Source of the DNA: Octopus bimaculoides
Lineage: Eukaryota
Direction of reading: 5' to 3'
Assembly: GCF_001194135.2 (NCBI RefSeq)
Contig: NC_068990.1
Location: 64,734,739-64,766,848 of the forward strand
DNA: 32,110 bases
A program made the position numbers and the translations under genes. The notes beneath the pieces are model-generated. The model had not been told where the DNA came from. It worked only from the letters and a program-made list of their open reading frames with translations, and did no database searches. Shown here one piece after another: positions 11,017-23,279 of the stretch. How positions within the stretch are numbered: position 1 is the stretch's first letter; each line of letters starts with the position of its first letter.

Positions 11017-12514
11017 GTATACATATGCACACATGTGTATGCATGTGTATGCATGTGTGTGAGTGTACGCGCGCGCGCACCATTTGTGAGGTTGTGCATG
11101 AAAAAGAGATACCTGCTGAGCTTGAGAGAACGACGGAGAATAGCAGAGAGAGAGGGGTGCTACTTTACTATGGTGTCGGAGGGAGAGAGAAGAAACCGAA
11201 AAGAGGGGAATAAGAAGACTCGGTCAATAAAGTGTGAATTAAAGGAAGGGGGTTATGGGTCGCTGTATTAAAGTTGTATCATTTTAGCTATTTGCTTATT
11301 ATATTTCTATCAGTTAGATTGATTATCGATCAGTCTGTCTGCCTGTCTGTAAATATACATTTCTGTATTTTTCTCATATTCTCCAGTCTTTTTATCTATT
11401 ATCTGTCATCTGTTGTCCTTGTTGTCTTTATGCGAGTGTAATCTGTCAGTTACAACCTCTGTTGATCATCTAACGATTGCAAATCGTCCTGCGATTATTT
11501 TCTATTTATCTCTCTTTCTCTCTCTCTCTCCCTCCTCTTTCGTCCATCTTTATCACTCTCTCTTTGTCTTTCTCTTTTTCTCTCTCTCTTCTCTTTCTCT
11601 ATCTTTCTCTTTCTCTCTCTTTCTCTCTCTCTCTCTCTCCACGGTCGTCTGTCTACACGACAGCCCACCAGTCTGTCTGCTGCCTCGTCTCTTTGCCTGT
11701 TTGCTCTCACGTCTCTAATAATCACTGCACTACGGCGCAGCTTATGCATTTAGTACAACATGCACATGCAAAAACACATACCTACACTCACAGTGAAAGG
11801 GAGGGAGAGAGAGAAATGTGTATGCGTATGTAGATGTGTATGAATGTATATTTGTATGATGTATGTATATTTTGCATATTATGCACAGCAATGTAAATCA
11901 GAACAAAAATAAATTTAAACATTACAAAGCTTCACTTTGGTTTAAATAAGAATGTCTGCACATTCTATATAACTAATGTGCGGACAAAAAAAAAATGGAG
12001 GGAGGGGATTCTTCGGACGGAGCGTTTCACGGTTTGTTGGTTGTTCTTCAGAGAAAAGGTACCAGGCTTCCCTTGCCAGTCAATAGCATAGATCAGCTGT
12101 TTATTAAGCAGTTCTAAATTATGCTAGCATATAAGTAATTAGCTTAATTTGTATATTTGTGTGTTTGACGTATCGTAGTTAATTAAACAATATTTTATAT
12201 ACAATACACTGTAAGTCAGAAGAACTTAGAAAAAGTAAGTCCAGCTGATATTATTCAAAGTAGAGATGTTTAATATATGAAAACAAAAAATAACGAGAGA
12301 TGACTCGTTTACAATCAGTTGATCGAAGTGCTTGGACAAAATACACAATGCAGTTTAGAATAGAGATGTATCGATAGATTCACAACGCGAGGTCCTACCT
12401 AATATAGTATGGGGATAGAGCGAAGACACAGGTCAGAGAGTATGAGACAGAGAGGGTGGGGATGAATGAGATGGAAGGGTAAGGAGAACAGAAATAAGCA
12501 TTCAGTTTAGCAAT

Positions 12515-12535
12515 CTGTCTGTCTGTCTCTGTCTC

Positions 12536-12582
<47 letters not shown>

Positions 12583-12600
12583 GTCTGTCTGTCTGTCTTT
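12515..12600. repeat. (TCTG)n/(TCTA)n tract
   Basis: Direct reading. Confidence 0.95.
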
Positions 12601-12706
12601 CTGTCAATTTGTCTATCTAGCTATGTACACACACGTAGGCATATACATGCACACATACATAAATAATGTTCATACGTATGTATGTGTGTATGTATACCTA
12701 TACCTA

Positions 12707-12749
<43 letters not shown>

Positions 12750-13506
12750 NNNNNNNNNNNNNNNNNNNNNNNNNNNNNNNNNNNNNNNNNNNNNNNNNNN
12801 NNNNNNNNNNNNNNNNNNNNNNNNNNNNNNNNNNNNNNNNNNNNNNNNNNNATATATATTGTTTTGGGACCCATGAATATGGTTCGTTTATTTATACATA
12901 TATATGACCGCGCGCGCACACACACAGATTCGTGCGCACACGCACACATATAACCATATATGCTTATGTACATACTACACAAGTGTGCATTCAGCCATCC
13001 ATCTATCAACACATACATATATGTACATTGGTATATATCTGTACAATTGCATTTTACGGTGCATGAGTCATTCAGAACAGACTCTCGCGTTCTGGACCAC
13101 CCATATTTCACTGTCACCTCATGCAGCGAGTGCACTACACTATATTAGCAGATTTGTTCTGTTGTTTAGATTCTGATTCCAGCCATGGCCATCACGCAAA
13201 ATTTTCAGACAATGTATCCAAGAATTGGATCACCAAACATTTCCTCTTTTCTTTTTCTTTTCTTTTTTTTATAGATTTTATTTTTCAGGCATGGTACTTT
13301 CAGAGAGATGTAACATGCTATGTCTAGCATATCGTGCGACCGCGTACATGTTTTTTTATGCGGTCGCGGTTAAGATATGGTCTGATGGAAATTTGACTGT
13401 GGTTCCTAACAGATCGATAAAAAAAAACTCGTGAAGGCTCCATCGTTTGGCTCACAGAGGCGTACCTGATGACGATAGTAACAAAAACAGAGGGGTGTTG
13501 ATGTTG

Positions 13507-13538
<32 letters not shown>

Positions 13539-13954
13539 GGTGGTGATGGTGGTAGCAGTTATAATCATCATCGTCACTGTGATACACATACGTAGCTATC
13601 ATATATACTCTATGTATTTGTATACAGTATGCATATATATATATAATACATACACATGTGTATAATATATACATATACACATAGATATATACACACACAT
13701 ATACATACATACATGCATGTATATACATATATGTATATACATACTTATATACGGGTGTGTAATTGAATGTGTGTGTTTGTGAGTGTGTATGTATGTGAGT
13801 GTGTGCGTGCGTGTCTAAGATTCCCATCCAAAATGTAATTCCTGGTCCCTAAAAGGCACTGAACTTTCCTATAACCACAATAAAGAGGCGTTGAGATCTT
13901 TCTTTTGTTTTCTTTGAGTTAGTTGTATAATACTATATACTATTCTTACATACA

Positions 13955-14004
<50 letters not shown>

Positions 14005-14254
14005 TAAGTGTTAATGTTCGGGCTATTCAATCATAAATTTATGAGCAACGGACAATGACATGTAAAAGGACTCAATACTTTTAGTAAAATCAAGATATAT
14101 TATACAGTTGGGGGTTGACTGGGACTTTAAANNNNNNNNNNNNNNNNNNNNNNNNNNNNNNNNNNNNNNNNNNNNNNNNNNNNNNNNNNNNNNNNNNNNN
14201 NNNNNNNNNNNNNNNNNNNNNNNNNNNNNNNNNNNNNNNNNNNNNNNNNNNNNN

Positions 14255-14317
<63 letters not shown>

Positions 14318-14559
14318 TATATACATATATATACACATAAATATATATCTTTATATATATATATACACACACACTCATATATATATATATAGCAATAAGA
14401 AAATGGAGGGGAATAGGTGGCGTTCATCAACTTGCAGACATTGTATTGCCATGGAACGAAAAAACACTAGTGTAATAATAATTGGGTATTCTTCCAGTAG
14501 TATATTGGATAGATATTATCCCTTAGTAGGTTGGATTCACAAACCCTAACTTTCTTGGA

Positions 14560-14597
<38 letters not shown>

Positions 14598-14598
14598 A

Positions 14599-14820
14599 GG
14601 CGTGCTGGTAGAATCGTTAGCACACCGGGCGAAATGCTTAGCGGCATTTCGTCCGTCTCTCTACTTTCTGAGTTCAAATTCCGCCAGTGTCGACCTTGCC
14701 TTTCATTCTTTCGAGGTCGGTAAAATAAGTACCTGTTGAACATTAGGGGGTCGATGTTGGAGGTCCAACTAACCCTGTCTCCTGAAATTGCTGGCTTTGT
14801 GCCAAAATTTGAAAGCAATA
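14599..14820 (+). mobile_element. SINE family A, full-length
   Basis: GGCGTGCTGGTAGAATCGTTAGC...GAGTTCAAATTCCG...GGCTTTGTGCCAAAATTTGAAAG, inserted next to (TA)n. Confidence 0.9.
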
Positions 14821-15426
14821 TAGATAGACAGATAGATATGGTGTCGGAGATTGAGAGAAAAAAGGAGAGAAAAAAAGGTATAAAGGCAAGAGAAAAGTGA
14901 AAGAAAATTCAGATGTTGTTATGTGGCGATTATAGAAAAACAGAAAATTATCACTTTACCTTATATATGGAATTGACTCTGGCAAAGAACAATGAGCATA
15001 CGAGTATTAAGATACAGGTGGAACAATAACGCAATGTGATATTTTCTACCCGGCTGGCCATGCTGTTTTTTTTTTCTTTCACTTTTTATTTATTTTCCAC
15101 ACAGAGTAATAAGAAGTATTTAAGATGTTAATCGTTGTTTTATCACAACTCTTGACAGTTGTTGCAGTTCGTAAGTGATGATGAAGAGTGATGTAAAATA
15201 TTAGGAAATCCTTGTTTTTGTTAGATGCCTTGTTTTTCTTTCTTTCTTTTTTTCTTTTTTTTTTTTGTTTACTTTTGTGTTGTGACAGACTTAAAAATAG
15301 CTTCTAAGCGCTCACTGAATGAGTGCGACAATGTGTAGTTTTAGAAAAAGCCTATATTTATATATATATATAGATATAGATAGATAGATATAGATATACG
15401 TAAATGTGTGAGAGTGCGTGCGTACG

Positions 15427-15460
<34 letters not shown>

Positions 15461-15592
15461 GTGTGTGAGTAGGGGGATGGTCTGTGTGAACGTAATTTGT
15501 TGTGGGCTGTAGTTTGTGAATAGGAAATACAACAAAACAGAATTAGTTAAACTGCAGCAGCGAAGGTTACACTACACTACACCACTACCACC

Positions 15593-15634
<42 letters not shown>

Positions 15635-16097
15635 GCTGTTGCTGCTGCTCCAACCTGTTAGGCGAGTGTGTAAGCGTTCGGTCCTTCAAAAGAATACTGA
15701 TACAGAATATATATATATATATCAATGAATGAATGAATAAAATATGGATATTAGCTATTGATTTATGCAACAAAAAATATATAAATGTGGAGATAGTTAT
15801 ATAAATGTATGTGCGTATAAATATATATAAATATGTGCAATATATTTTGCCTGTATAAATATATAAATGTGTAGTATGCGTGTATAAATATATGTATATA
15901 TATATATATATCTGTATATATATATATATGTATAAATGTGTGTAGTAAGCGGTTAACTTTTGAATGATTTTCAGAGAAGCTGGTGGTAAGCTTAAATAGA
16001 TGTCTTCCTGCATAAGGCGGAGCTTGTATGTCCGCCTTCTCTCTTAGAATGTTTACTCTCTCTCTCCCTCTCTCTCTCTTTCTTTCTTTTTTCTCTC

Positions 16098-16139
<42 letters not shown>

Positions 16140-16408
16140 TCTCTCTTTATAACGTAGCACCCACCTTCTTAAAGGCCCTTCCTCTGTTGTTGAACATGTA
16201 ATAAGTATGTGCATGGCTGTATATACAAATGTGTTTCTGTGTATGTGTGTGAGTGTGTGTGTGTGTGCGCGTGCGCGCGTGTAATTATGCTGTATATTTG
16301 AATATCAATGTCGTATTTGTGCGTGTGTGTGTCTTGTGGGGGGGGGTTGTGTATGTGTGTGCCTATGTATCCATATATTTATGTGTGTATGTATGTTTGT
16401 GTACCTAC

Positions 16409-16447
<39 letters not shown>

Positions 16448-16736
16448 GATATACATATATATACATATATATATATATACATACGCACATATATATATGT
16501 GTGTGTATGTATCTATGCATACACACACGTGTATATATGTATGTATTTGTGTATTACGTGTATGTTTGTGCATTTACGCAAATGCGCGCGCGCGTAAGAG
16601 AGAGAGTGTGTATATATGTACGTATGAATGCATGNNNNNNNNNNGTATTTGTGTATTACGTGTATGTTTGTGCATTTACGCAAATGCGCGCGCGCGTAAG
16701 AGAGAGAGTGTGTATATATGTACGTATGAATGCATG

Positions 16737-16827
16737 TACGTACGTATGTATGTACGTATGTACGTATGTACGTATGTACGTACTATGTATGTATGTATGT
16801 ACGTACGTACGTATGTATGTATGTATG

Positions 16828-16858
<31 letters not shown>

Positions 16859-16880
16859 ATATGTATGTATGTATGTATAT
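16737..16880. repeat. (TATG)/(TACG) tetranucleotide tract
   Basis: Direct reading. Confidence 0.9.
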
Positions 16881-17172
16881 CCTTCTCGTGGACACACGCC
16901 TACATACAGTCTGGCACACACGCTTTCTCTACCTTCTCACCTTTCTGGGCACAAGCCTGTACGGATTTGTAAACGTATTTTGCGAAGATTGCTAAAACCG
17001 TGTCCCTTGCCAGCACGTGAGCCTCTGCCTTCCAGAAATAACAGGCAAAGCTCCGCAAAATCAAAAACCTTATTGTTTTGCAATGGAAATGAGACATACA
17101 ATGTAGCTATAGCTGTATGAAATGCGGAACAGTCATGCCTGGAATGCTATGGTCGTATGTCTGCAGATAGGG

Positions 17173-17345
17173 GTGAAGGCGCATGCTGTAGTACTTAGGG
17201 TATTGCTCTCATGATCGTACAATCGTGGTTTCGCTTCTCGGACCGGGCGGTAAGTTGTGTTCTTGAGTAAAACTCTTAATTTCACATTGCTCTTGTCCAC
17301 TTGCTGTAAATGAGTAACCTCGACGGACTGGCGTCTGGTGATCTC
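17173..17345 (+). mobile_element. degenerate SINE family C1 with GACGGACTGGCGTC central domain
   Basis: The tRNA-like head GTGAAGGCGCATG...GTGGTTTCG is shared with 22130-22343. The GACGGACTGGCGTC block is shared with 20961-21277. Confidence 0.55.
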
Positions 17346-17841
17346 GGTCACATATTCGCCGTGGAATCCCAGTAATCTGCATTATGAGTCTTACGACCCA
17401 AGACAGTCATCATTGTAAGCTGCGGCTGGTTTTACGTTAAACAATAACAGCAAAAATAATCCTAAAAGTTAAGGTCTCCTCTCAAGTCTCTTCCTACTTG
17501 CTTAACATGCTAGAAATCACTGACAAATTTCCCTCAAATTACACTTTACTGTGAAAGAAGCTTCTTATATGAAAAATATGCCAAATTCTTTGTAAATTAA
17601 TACCGTATCGTCCTTCAAAAAAAAAAAAAAAAAACAAGAACGTATCGCACATTCTACATTTAATCAATATTAATTAAAGTTTCGGTCTTATACACAAACA
17701 CACACACACACACACGCAAATATACACCTATACATTTACATATATACACCTATACGTGAATATAGATACATATATATGTGTATATATATATATGTATGTG
17801 TGTGTGTGTGTATGTATGTATGTACGACGTATATATGCGTG

Positions 17842-17882
<41 letters not shown>

Positions 17883-19348
17883 GTTATGAAGGGTAATGGA
17901 GTCAACCAGACCCTAATGATGCAGGTAATACCAAATAAGTGCTGTATATCGACTAGTTTTGCCCCAGATGTGGTTGTAACATGAATGGGGAAAATAACAT
18001 GGGTCGTATATTAGCGTGTGTATATATAAAAAAGAGTGAGATAAAGAGACCAATAGCATAAATAAATTTATATTTTATGTAGAGTGTCTTACAGCTAAAT
18101 TTATTTATGCTATTGGTCTCTTTATCTCACTCTTTTATATATATACATATATANNNNNNNNNNNNNNNNNNNNNNNNNNNNNNNNNNNNNNNNNNNNNNN
18201 NNNNNNNNNNNNNNNNNNNNNNNNNNNNNNNNNNNNNNNNNNNNNNNNNNNNNNNNNNNNNNNNNNNNNNNNNNNNNNNNNNNNNNNNNNNNNNNNNNNN
18301 NNNNNNNNNNNNNNNNNNNNNNNNNNNNNNNNNNNNNNNNNNNNNNNNNNNNNNNNNNNNNNNNNNNNNNNNNNNNNNNNNNNNNNNNNNNNNNNNNNNN
18401 NNNNNNNNNNNNNNNNNNNNNNNNNNNNNNNNNNNNNNNNNNNNNNNNNNNNNNNNNNNNNNNNNNNNNNNNNNNNNNNNNNNNNNNNNNNNNNNNNNNN
18501 NNNNNNNNNNNNNNNNNNNNNNNNNNNNNNNNNNNNNNNNNNNNNNNNNNNNNNNNNNNNNNNNNNNNNNNNNNNNNNNNNNNNNNNNNNNNNNNNNNNN
18601 NNNNNNNNNNNNNNNNNNNNNNNNNNNNNNNNNNNNNNNNNNNNNNNNNNNNNNNNNNNNNNNNNNNNNNNNNNNNNNNNNNNNNNNNNNNNNNNNNNNN
18701 NNNNNNNNNNNNNNNNNNNNNNNNNNNNNNNNNNNNNNNNNNNNNNNNNNNNNNNNNNNNNNNNNNNNNNNNNNNNNNNNNNNNNNNNNNNNNNNNNNNN
18801 NNNNNNNNNNNNNNNNNNNNNNNNNNNNNNNNNNNNNNNNNNNNNNNNNNNNNNNNNNNNNNNNNNNNNNNNNNNNNNNNNNNNNNNNNNNNNNNNNNNN
18901 NNNNNNNNNNNNNNNNNNNNNNNNNNNNNNNNNNNNNNNNNNNNNNNNNNNNNNNNNNNNNNNNNNNNNNNNNNNNNNNNNNNNNNNNNNNNNNNNNNNN
19001 NNNNNNNNNNNNNNNNNNNNNNNNNNNNNNNNNNNNNNNNNNNNNNNNNNNNNNNNNNNNNNNNNNNNNNNNNNNNNNNNNNNNNNNNNNNNNNNNTTCA
19101 GTATTTTTTAACACGATTCGTCTATACGAGATGCTTTCTTGAGACGATTACCGTAGCTTTAAGGGTTTCACCAGTATATATGCGTTCAGTATATACGGAA
19201 TGCTATTTTGAACTAATATTGTTTGCATCGCTAATAACAAATAATCATACATACATACATACATACATACATACATACATCCATCCATCCATCCATCCAT
19301 CCATCCATCCATCCATACATACATACATACATACATGCATACATACAT

Positions 19349-19456
19349 AAAAATACCCTGTTGTTGATGTTGAAATTCCAATGAAGGAGCCTTGGATCTA
19401 GGTTAGAAACCGGTTCTTTCGCTGTTGGCAAGAAATCTTAAAATAAACTAAATGAT
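19349..19456 (+). mobile_element. ~110-bp element embedded in an (ATAC)n tract
   Basis: Non-simple sequence flanked on both sides by (ATAC)n. Contains CCAATGA...GAAACCGGTT. Confidence 0.45.
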
Positions 19457-19518
19457 AACATACATACATACATACATACATACATACATGCATACATACA
19501 TACTTCCGCACGCGCACG

Positions 19519-19581
<63 letters not shown>

Positions 19582-19619
19582 TCACACACATATATATGGC
19601 AAATGAAAGACGGAAGATA

Positions 19620-19720
19620 GAATATACGAGAATTCATTATTAATCACGACAATTGTTTCGACGCATCTAGCATCGATTCCTCGTGGGTAGGACATTCAAC
19701 AACTGGTTCAGGAGCATCCG
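19620..19720 (-). mobile_element. possible Penelope-like terminal remnant
   Basis: Minus strand GTCGAAACAATTGTCGTGATTAATAATGAATTCTCGTATATT has GAAA plus a palindrome, resembling PLE ends. Confidence 0.35.
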
Positions 19721-20172
19721 GCGGTGCAGATTTATCTCGTCGGGTGTTAAATGAATACAACTCGTTAAAATAACAGTTGCGCAATGTAACTTCCCGTTTT
19801 GTAGAAAGAAAAGCAGCCAGACGGAGGAAATATCTTCATTTATATAGAAGATCAAAAATAAAATTATAGATAGGATAAAGAGAAACGAACACACAATGCA
19901 AATAATAAGACAAAGAAATATTTCAACACATCTTTAATGATCAATTATAATTGTTTCTCTACCAATTCTGCCTTTCAAAGCCACATTTCTGCGAAGTTTC
20001 GAAGTGAAAATTTTTGTAATATTTGCGGTTTTAGATATTAGAGTGGCATTTCATTGGAGTGACAACAAAGGTGCGCTCTTACGTTATTGTACGTCTTCCA
20101 GACATTGTTTTTTGCTTATATCGGGAGGAAACAAATAGTATGGTTAGGGGATGAATAATTAGTATAGAGAGT

Positions 20173-20236
20173 ATACATACATACATACATACATACATAC
20201 ATACATACATACATACATACATACATACATACATAC
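20173..20236. repeat. (ATAC)n microsatellite
   Basis: Direct reading. Confidence 0.95.
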
Positions 20237-20429
20237 AAAGCGCAACAGATTGCTTCATTATTTATTTCTAATAGAAGCTGTTATTTGTCAGTTTGAGAAC
20301 CAGCGATCGACGACGATTTTGTTTCTATGAAGAATAGAACCTTCCCAATTATATGAACAATATTCTAATATAGGTCACACTTAAGCTATGTAAAGGTTGA
20401 CCAACTGATCAGAGTGTGATTTTTTTGTT

Positions 20430-20550
20430 GTTGTTATTGTTGTTTAGCCCTGAGCCAGTTCTGATCGAACCGAACCTAGGACTGCAAGTATTTTCTAGCC
20501 GTGACCATCCCGTCTTATTATACATAGTTTATTGCTGACTACATTGACCA
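20430..20550 (-). mobile_element. SINE family D 3' fragment
   Basis: (TTG)n then TTTAGCCCTGAGCCAG...CTAGCCGTGACCATCCCGTC...ACTACATTGACC. Confidence 0.55.
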
Positions 20551-20685
20551 AAGGTTAAGTGGGCGCCAGCATATTTGATGACGTATGTCATGAGATTTTT
20601 ACACCTTAGTGATGAGAATAGTAATTTTGTAAATGACTAATTCTGATCAAAAAAGAGGTGGGGAAGGGCAATGGAGAGATTGATC

Positions 20686-20824
20686 AACAGAATCGGCTGA
20701 TATATTTTTCCCGCTCTTTACCTTCTGAATTCAAATCCACTGTAATCGACATTGTATTTTACTTCTATAGAATCAACAAAATAAAGTACCAGTTAAGTTC
20801 TGAGGACAATTTAATCGACTAAGT
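20686..20824 (+). mobile_element. degenerate SINE family A
   Basis: TTCTGAATTCAAATCC...AAAATAAAGTACCAGTTAAG...TTAATCGACT. Confidence 0.45.
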
Positions 20825-20947
20825 CAGTGGTTCTCAACTGGAGTCCATATGACCCTTGGGGGCTTATATGACTTTTAGGGGTCCGTATGGACCTTAGAAA
20901 GGGGTGTCCATATAAGATTTTGTTGTTAAAATTTATGTGCAATAAAT
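20825..20947 (+). mobile_element. hAT (Charlie-type) MITE left-end fragment
   Basis: Starts CAGTGGTTCTCAAC, followed by repeated GGGGTCC/GTCCATAT subterminal motifs. The right TIR was not found. Confidence 0.5.
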
Positions 20948-20960
20948 TGGTCATACTTCT

Positions 20961-21277
20961 TTTTTATTTATGCGCCCCTTTTAAAGCCTAGCCAGGCTCA
21001 TGGGCCCGGTTTTCCGGTTTCTATGACATATATGTTCCCCACCAGCTGGACGGGACGCCAGTCCATCGCAGTTTTACTCAAGAAACAGGAAGAAAGAGTG
21101 AGAGAAAGTTGGGGCGAAAGAGTACAACAGGGGTCGCCAACACTCCCTGCCGGAGCCTCGTGGAGCTTTAGGTGTTTTCGCTCAATAAACACACACAACG
21201 CCTGGTCTGGGAATTGAAACCGCGATCCTATGACCGCGATTCCGCTGCACTAACCGCTGGGTCATTGCGCCTCCACA
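20961..21277 (-). mobile_element. tRNA-derived SINE family C2, full-length
   Basis: Minus strand GGAGGCGCAATGACCCAGCGGTTAG...GGTTTCAATTCCC, then the C2 body and GATGGACTGGCGTCCCGTCCAG...AGAAACCGG. TSD TGGTCATACTTCT (20948-20960) / TGGCCATACTTCT (21278-21290). Confidence 0.9.
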
Positions 21278-21399
21278 TGGCCATACTTCTACAATATCCA
21301 AAATATTTTAAGTTTTACTTTTTAAATACAATTCCTAATAATATTCATTACAGAAATATAATTGGATTTTTACAACATCAAATGGATTGGTGGAATTAT

Positions 21400-21715
21400 T
21401 AGCGCGTCGGACAAAATACTTTGCGGTACCTTACATTCTAAGTTCAAATTCTGTCGAAGTAGTTTTGCTTTTCATCCCTCTGAGATCGGTAAAGTAAAGT
21501 ACCAGTCCTCAACTGAGATCCATGTAACCGACCAACCCTCTCTCGTAAATTTCTGACCTTATGCCTAAATAAGAAGCAATGGGTCGGGTTGGTAGAATCA
21601 TCAAAAGTTGGACAAATGCCTTGCGGTGTTTGTTCCGCCCCTTTACGTTCTGAGTTCAAATTCCCACATTTGAGGACAGAGGTTTAGTCGATATTATTCA
21701 CCCCAGTACATAAGT
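21400..21715 (+). mobile_element. two tandem degenerate SINE family A copies (about 21400-21570 and 21580-21715)
   Basis: Each carries TTCT(A/G)AGTTCAAATTC. The first continues TTTTGCTTTTCATCC...AAAGTACCAG. Confidence 0.55.
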
Positions 21716-22129
21716 GATACGTTATTTTTATCGATCCTGGAGGTATGATGAGCAAAGATAACCCCACGGATCATCATGATTAATGAGATGACAAAATATT
21801 AGCATCCATATAATTCTTCTTACTTTATGAAGTTGGACACAAGTTTAAAAAGTCTAAAACCATCTTAACTTTATTAAACATGATACTTTGCCCGCCCCTT
21901 TTTAATCTGTTTATCCCCTTCCCTATAATGCTCATCTCCATCTACGAGAAAAACTGTCCTAAATGACATAAGCTAACGAGAGAGTCTCTATGTAACTACT
22001 CGACCCCCTTGAAATAGCAGTCGTATCTCTCCTCATATGATGATGGTAGTCTCTCATAGTCCGAGAAAAACGGTTCTACAATTCCTTGTTGAACAACCTG
22101 TACAAACGATTCAGTTATAATGATCAAAT

Positions 22130-22343
22130 ATATGTGTTGTACATTAGCTCATTCCCTCCATCAAATCGACGTTACCTGAAAAGGTGCACGGGATATCACA
22201 CGTCAAGTGCCGAAGTGATTGCAAAGCAACGTGAGATGAAGTGCTTTGCTCAAGAACACAACGCATCACCCGGTCTAAAAATTGAAACCACGATAGCCCG
22301 ATCATGAGTGCAATACCCTAACCACTAGGTCATGCACCTTCAC
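22130..22343 (-). mobile_element. SINE family C1 head with an alternative body
   Basis: Minus strand GTGAAGGTGCATGACCTAGTGGTTAGGGTATTG...GTGGTTTCAATT...GTGTTCTTGAGCAAAGCAC...GAGCTAATGTACA. Confidence 0.75.
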
Positions 22344-22866
22344 ATCTCTCCTCACGTCATAATCTTAAACATAGAAATCTACAAGCACAATATGTTCTCT
22401 TGTTTCGTATATCATTGCTATAGCGACATCTGTTCTCAGTAAGCAAGCTGTGGATCACTCACATCCAATCCCCGCTGTGCTCCTTTCGTTATTTTTCACA
22501 TTGCTTCATTTCTCTAACAAAGAACTCCTTTCGTTTCTGTACGCGGTTCACTATTTGCCTCAGGTTTGCTTTAGTTTTCTTTCTCTAAGTAAAAAGACAA
22601 ACTTAACTTTATTGCAATTTTTGAGTGAATACATCATTCAGCACATCCGAATTATCTTAGTTCGTGCCATTGGCCATTTTTGTTACTTTTATTAGCTTAC
22701 TTTTTTGAAAAATTATTGATGAGAGAACGCATTTCCAGAAGAACTCACTTGATGAAATACAAGATTTTAAAAGTCAAATGAATATATAAGCTCTTTCTAA
22801 CATTTCCTTCTTCAGTGAAAAATAAGCATGCGTACATTTGATCACTACAAATAAATCATTTGAACA

Positions 22867-23085
22867 GGTTGTGTCTGTGTTTGTATCCCACCAGTGCTTG
22901 ACAACCGGTGTTGGTGTGTTTATATCCCCGTAAGTTGGTTGTTTGGTAAAAAGGAGCGGTAGAATAAGTGCCAAGCTTAAAGATAAAAGATGAAGTACTG
23001 AGGTCGATTCGTTTGACTAGAAATTCTTGAAAGCGGTGCCCCAGCATGGCTGCAGTCTAATGACTGAAACAAGTAAAAGAATAAA
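22867..23085 (+). mobile_element. SINE family B 3' half
   Basis: GTGTTTGTATCCC...GCTTGACAACCGGTGTTGG...GCGGTGCCCCAGCATGGCTGCAGTCTAATGACTGAAACAAGTAAAAGAATAAA. Confidence 0.85.
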
Positions 23086-23279
23086 CGAAAATAATATTCA
23101 ATTCCTACTTTTTACTTGTTTGTTTTTTTTTGTTTTTTTTTTGTTGATTTTAAATGTCCAATATGGCAAATATTCACATGTTCACGTTGTAAAGCAATAT
23201 AAAAGTAAAGTAGAGTGCTGTCTCCCAGAATTATAACCTTCTGGTACTTTCTCGTTACAAATATTTTCCATAGAGTTAA

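Noticed and set aside
16543-16736. Exact 92-bp direct duplication (16543-16634 / 16645-16736)
   Set aside because: The two copies flank a 10-N gap exactly, which is typical of unmerged overlapping contig ends (assembly artefact).
19641-19720. Intact hammerhead on the minus strand (GAAAC-AATT-GTC with stem GATGC/GCGTC)
   Set aside because: Stem III and the cleavage triplet are well formed, but no CUGANGA core is present at the right position. Kept only as a possible PLE remnant.
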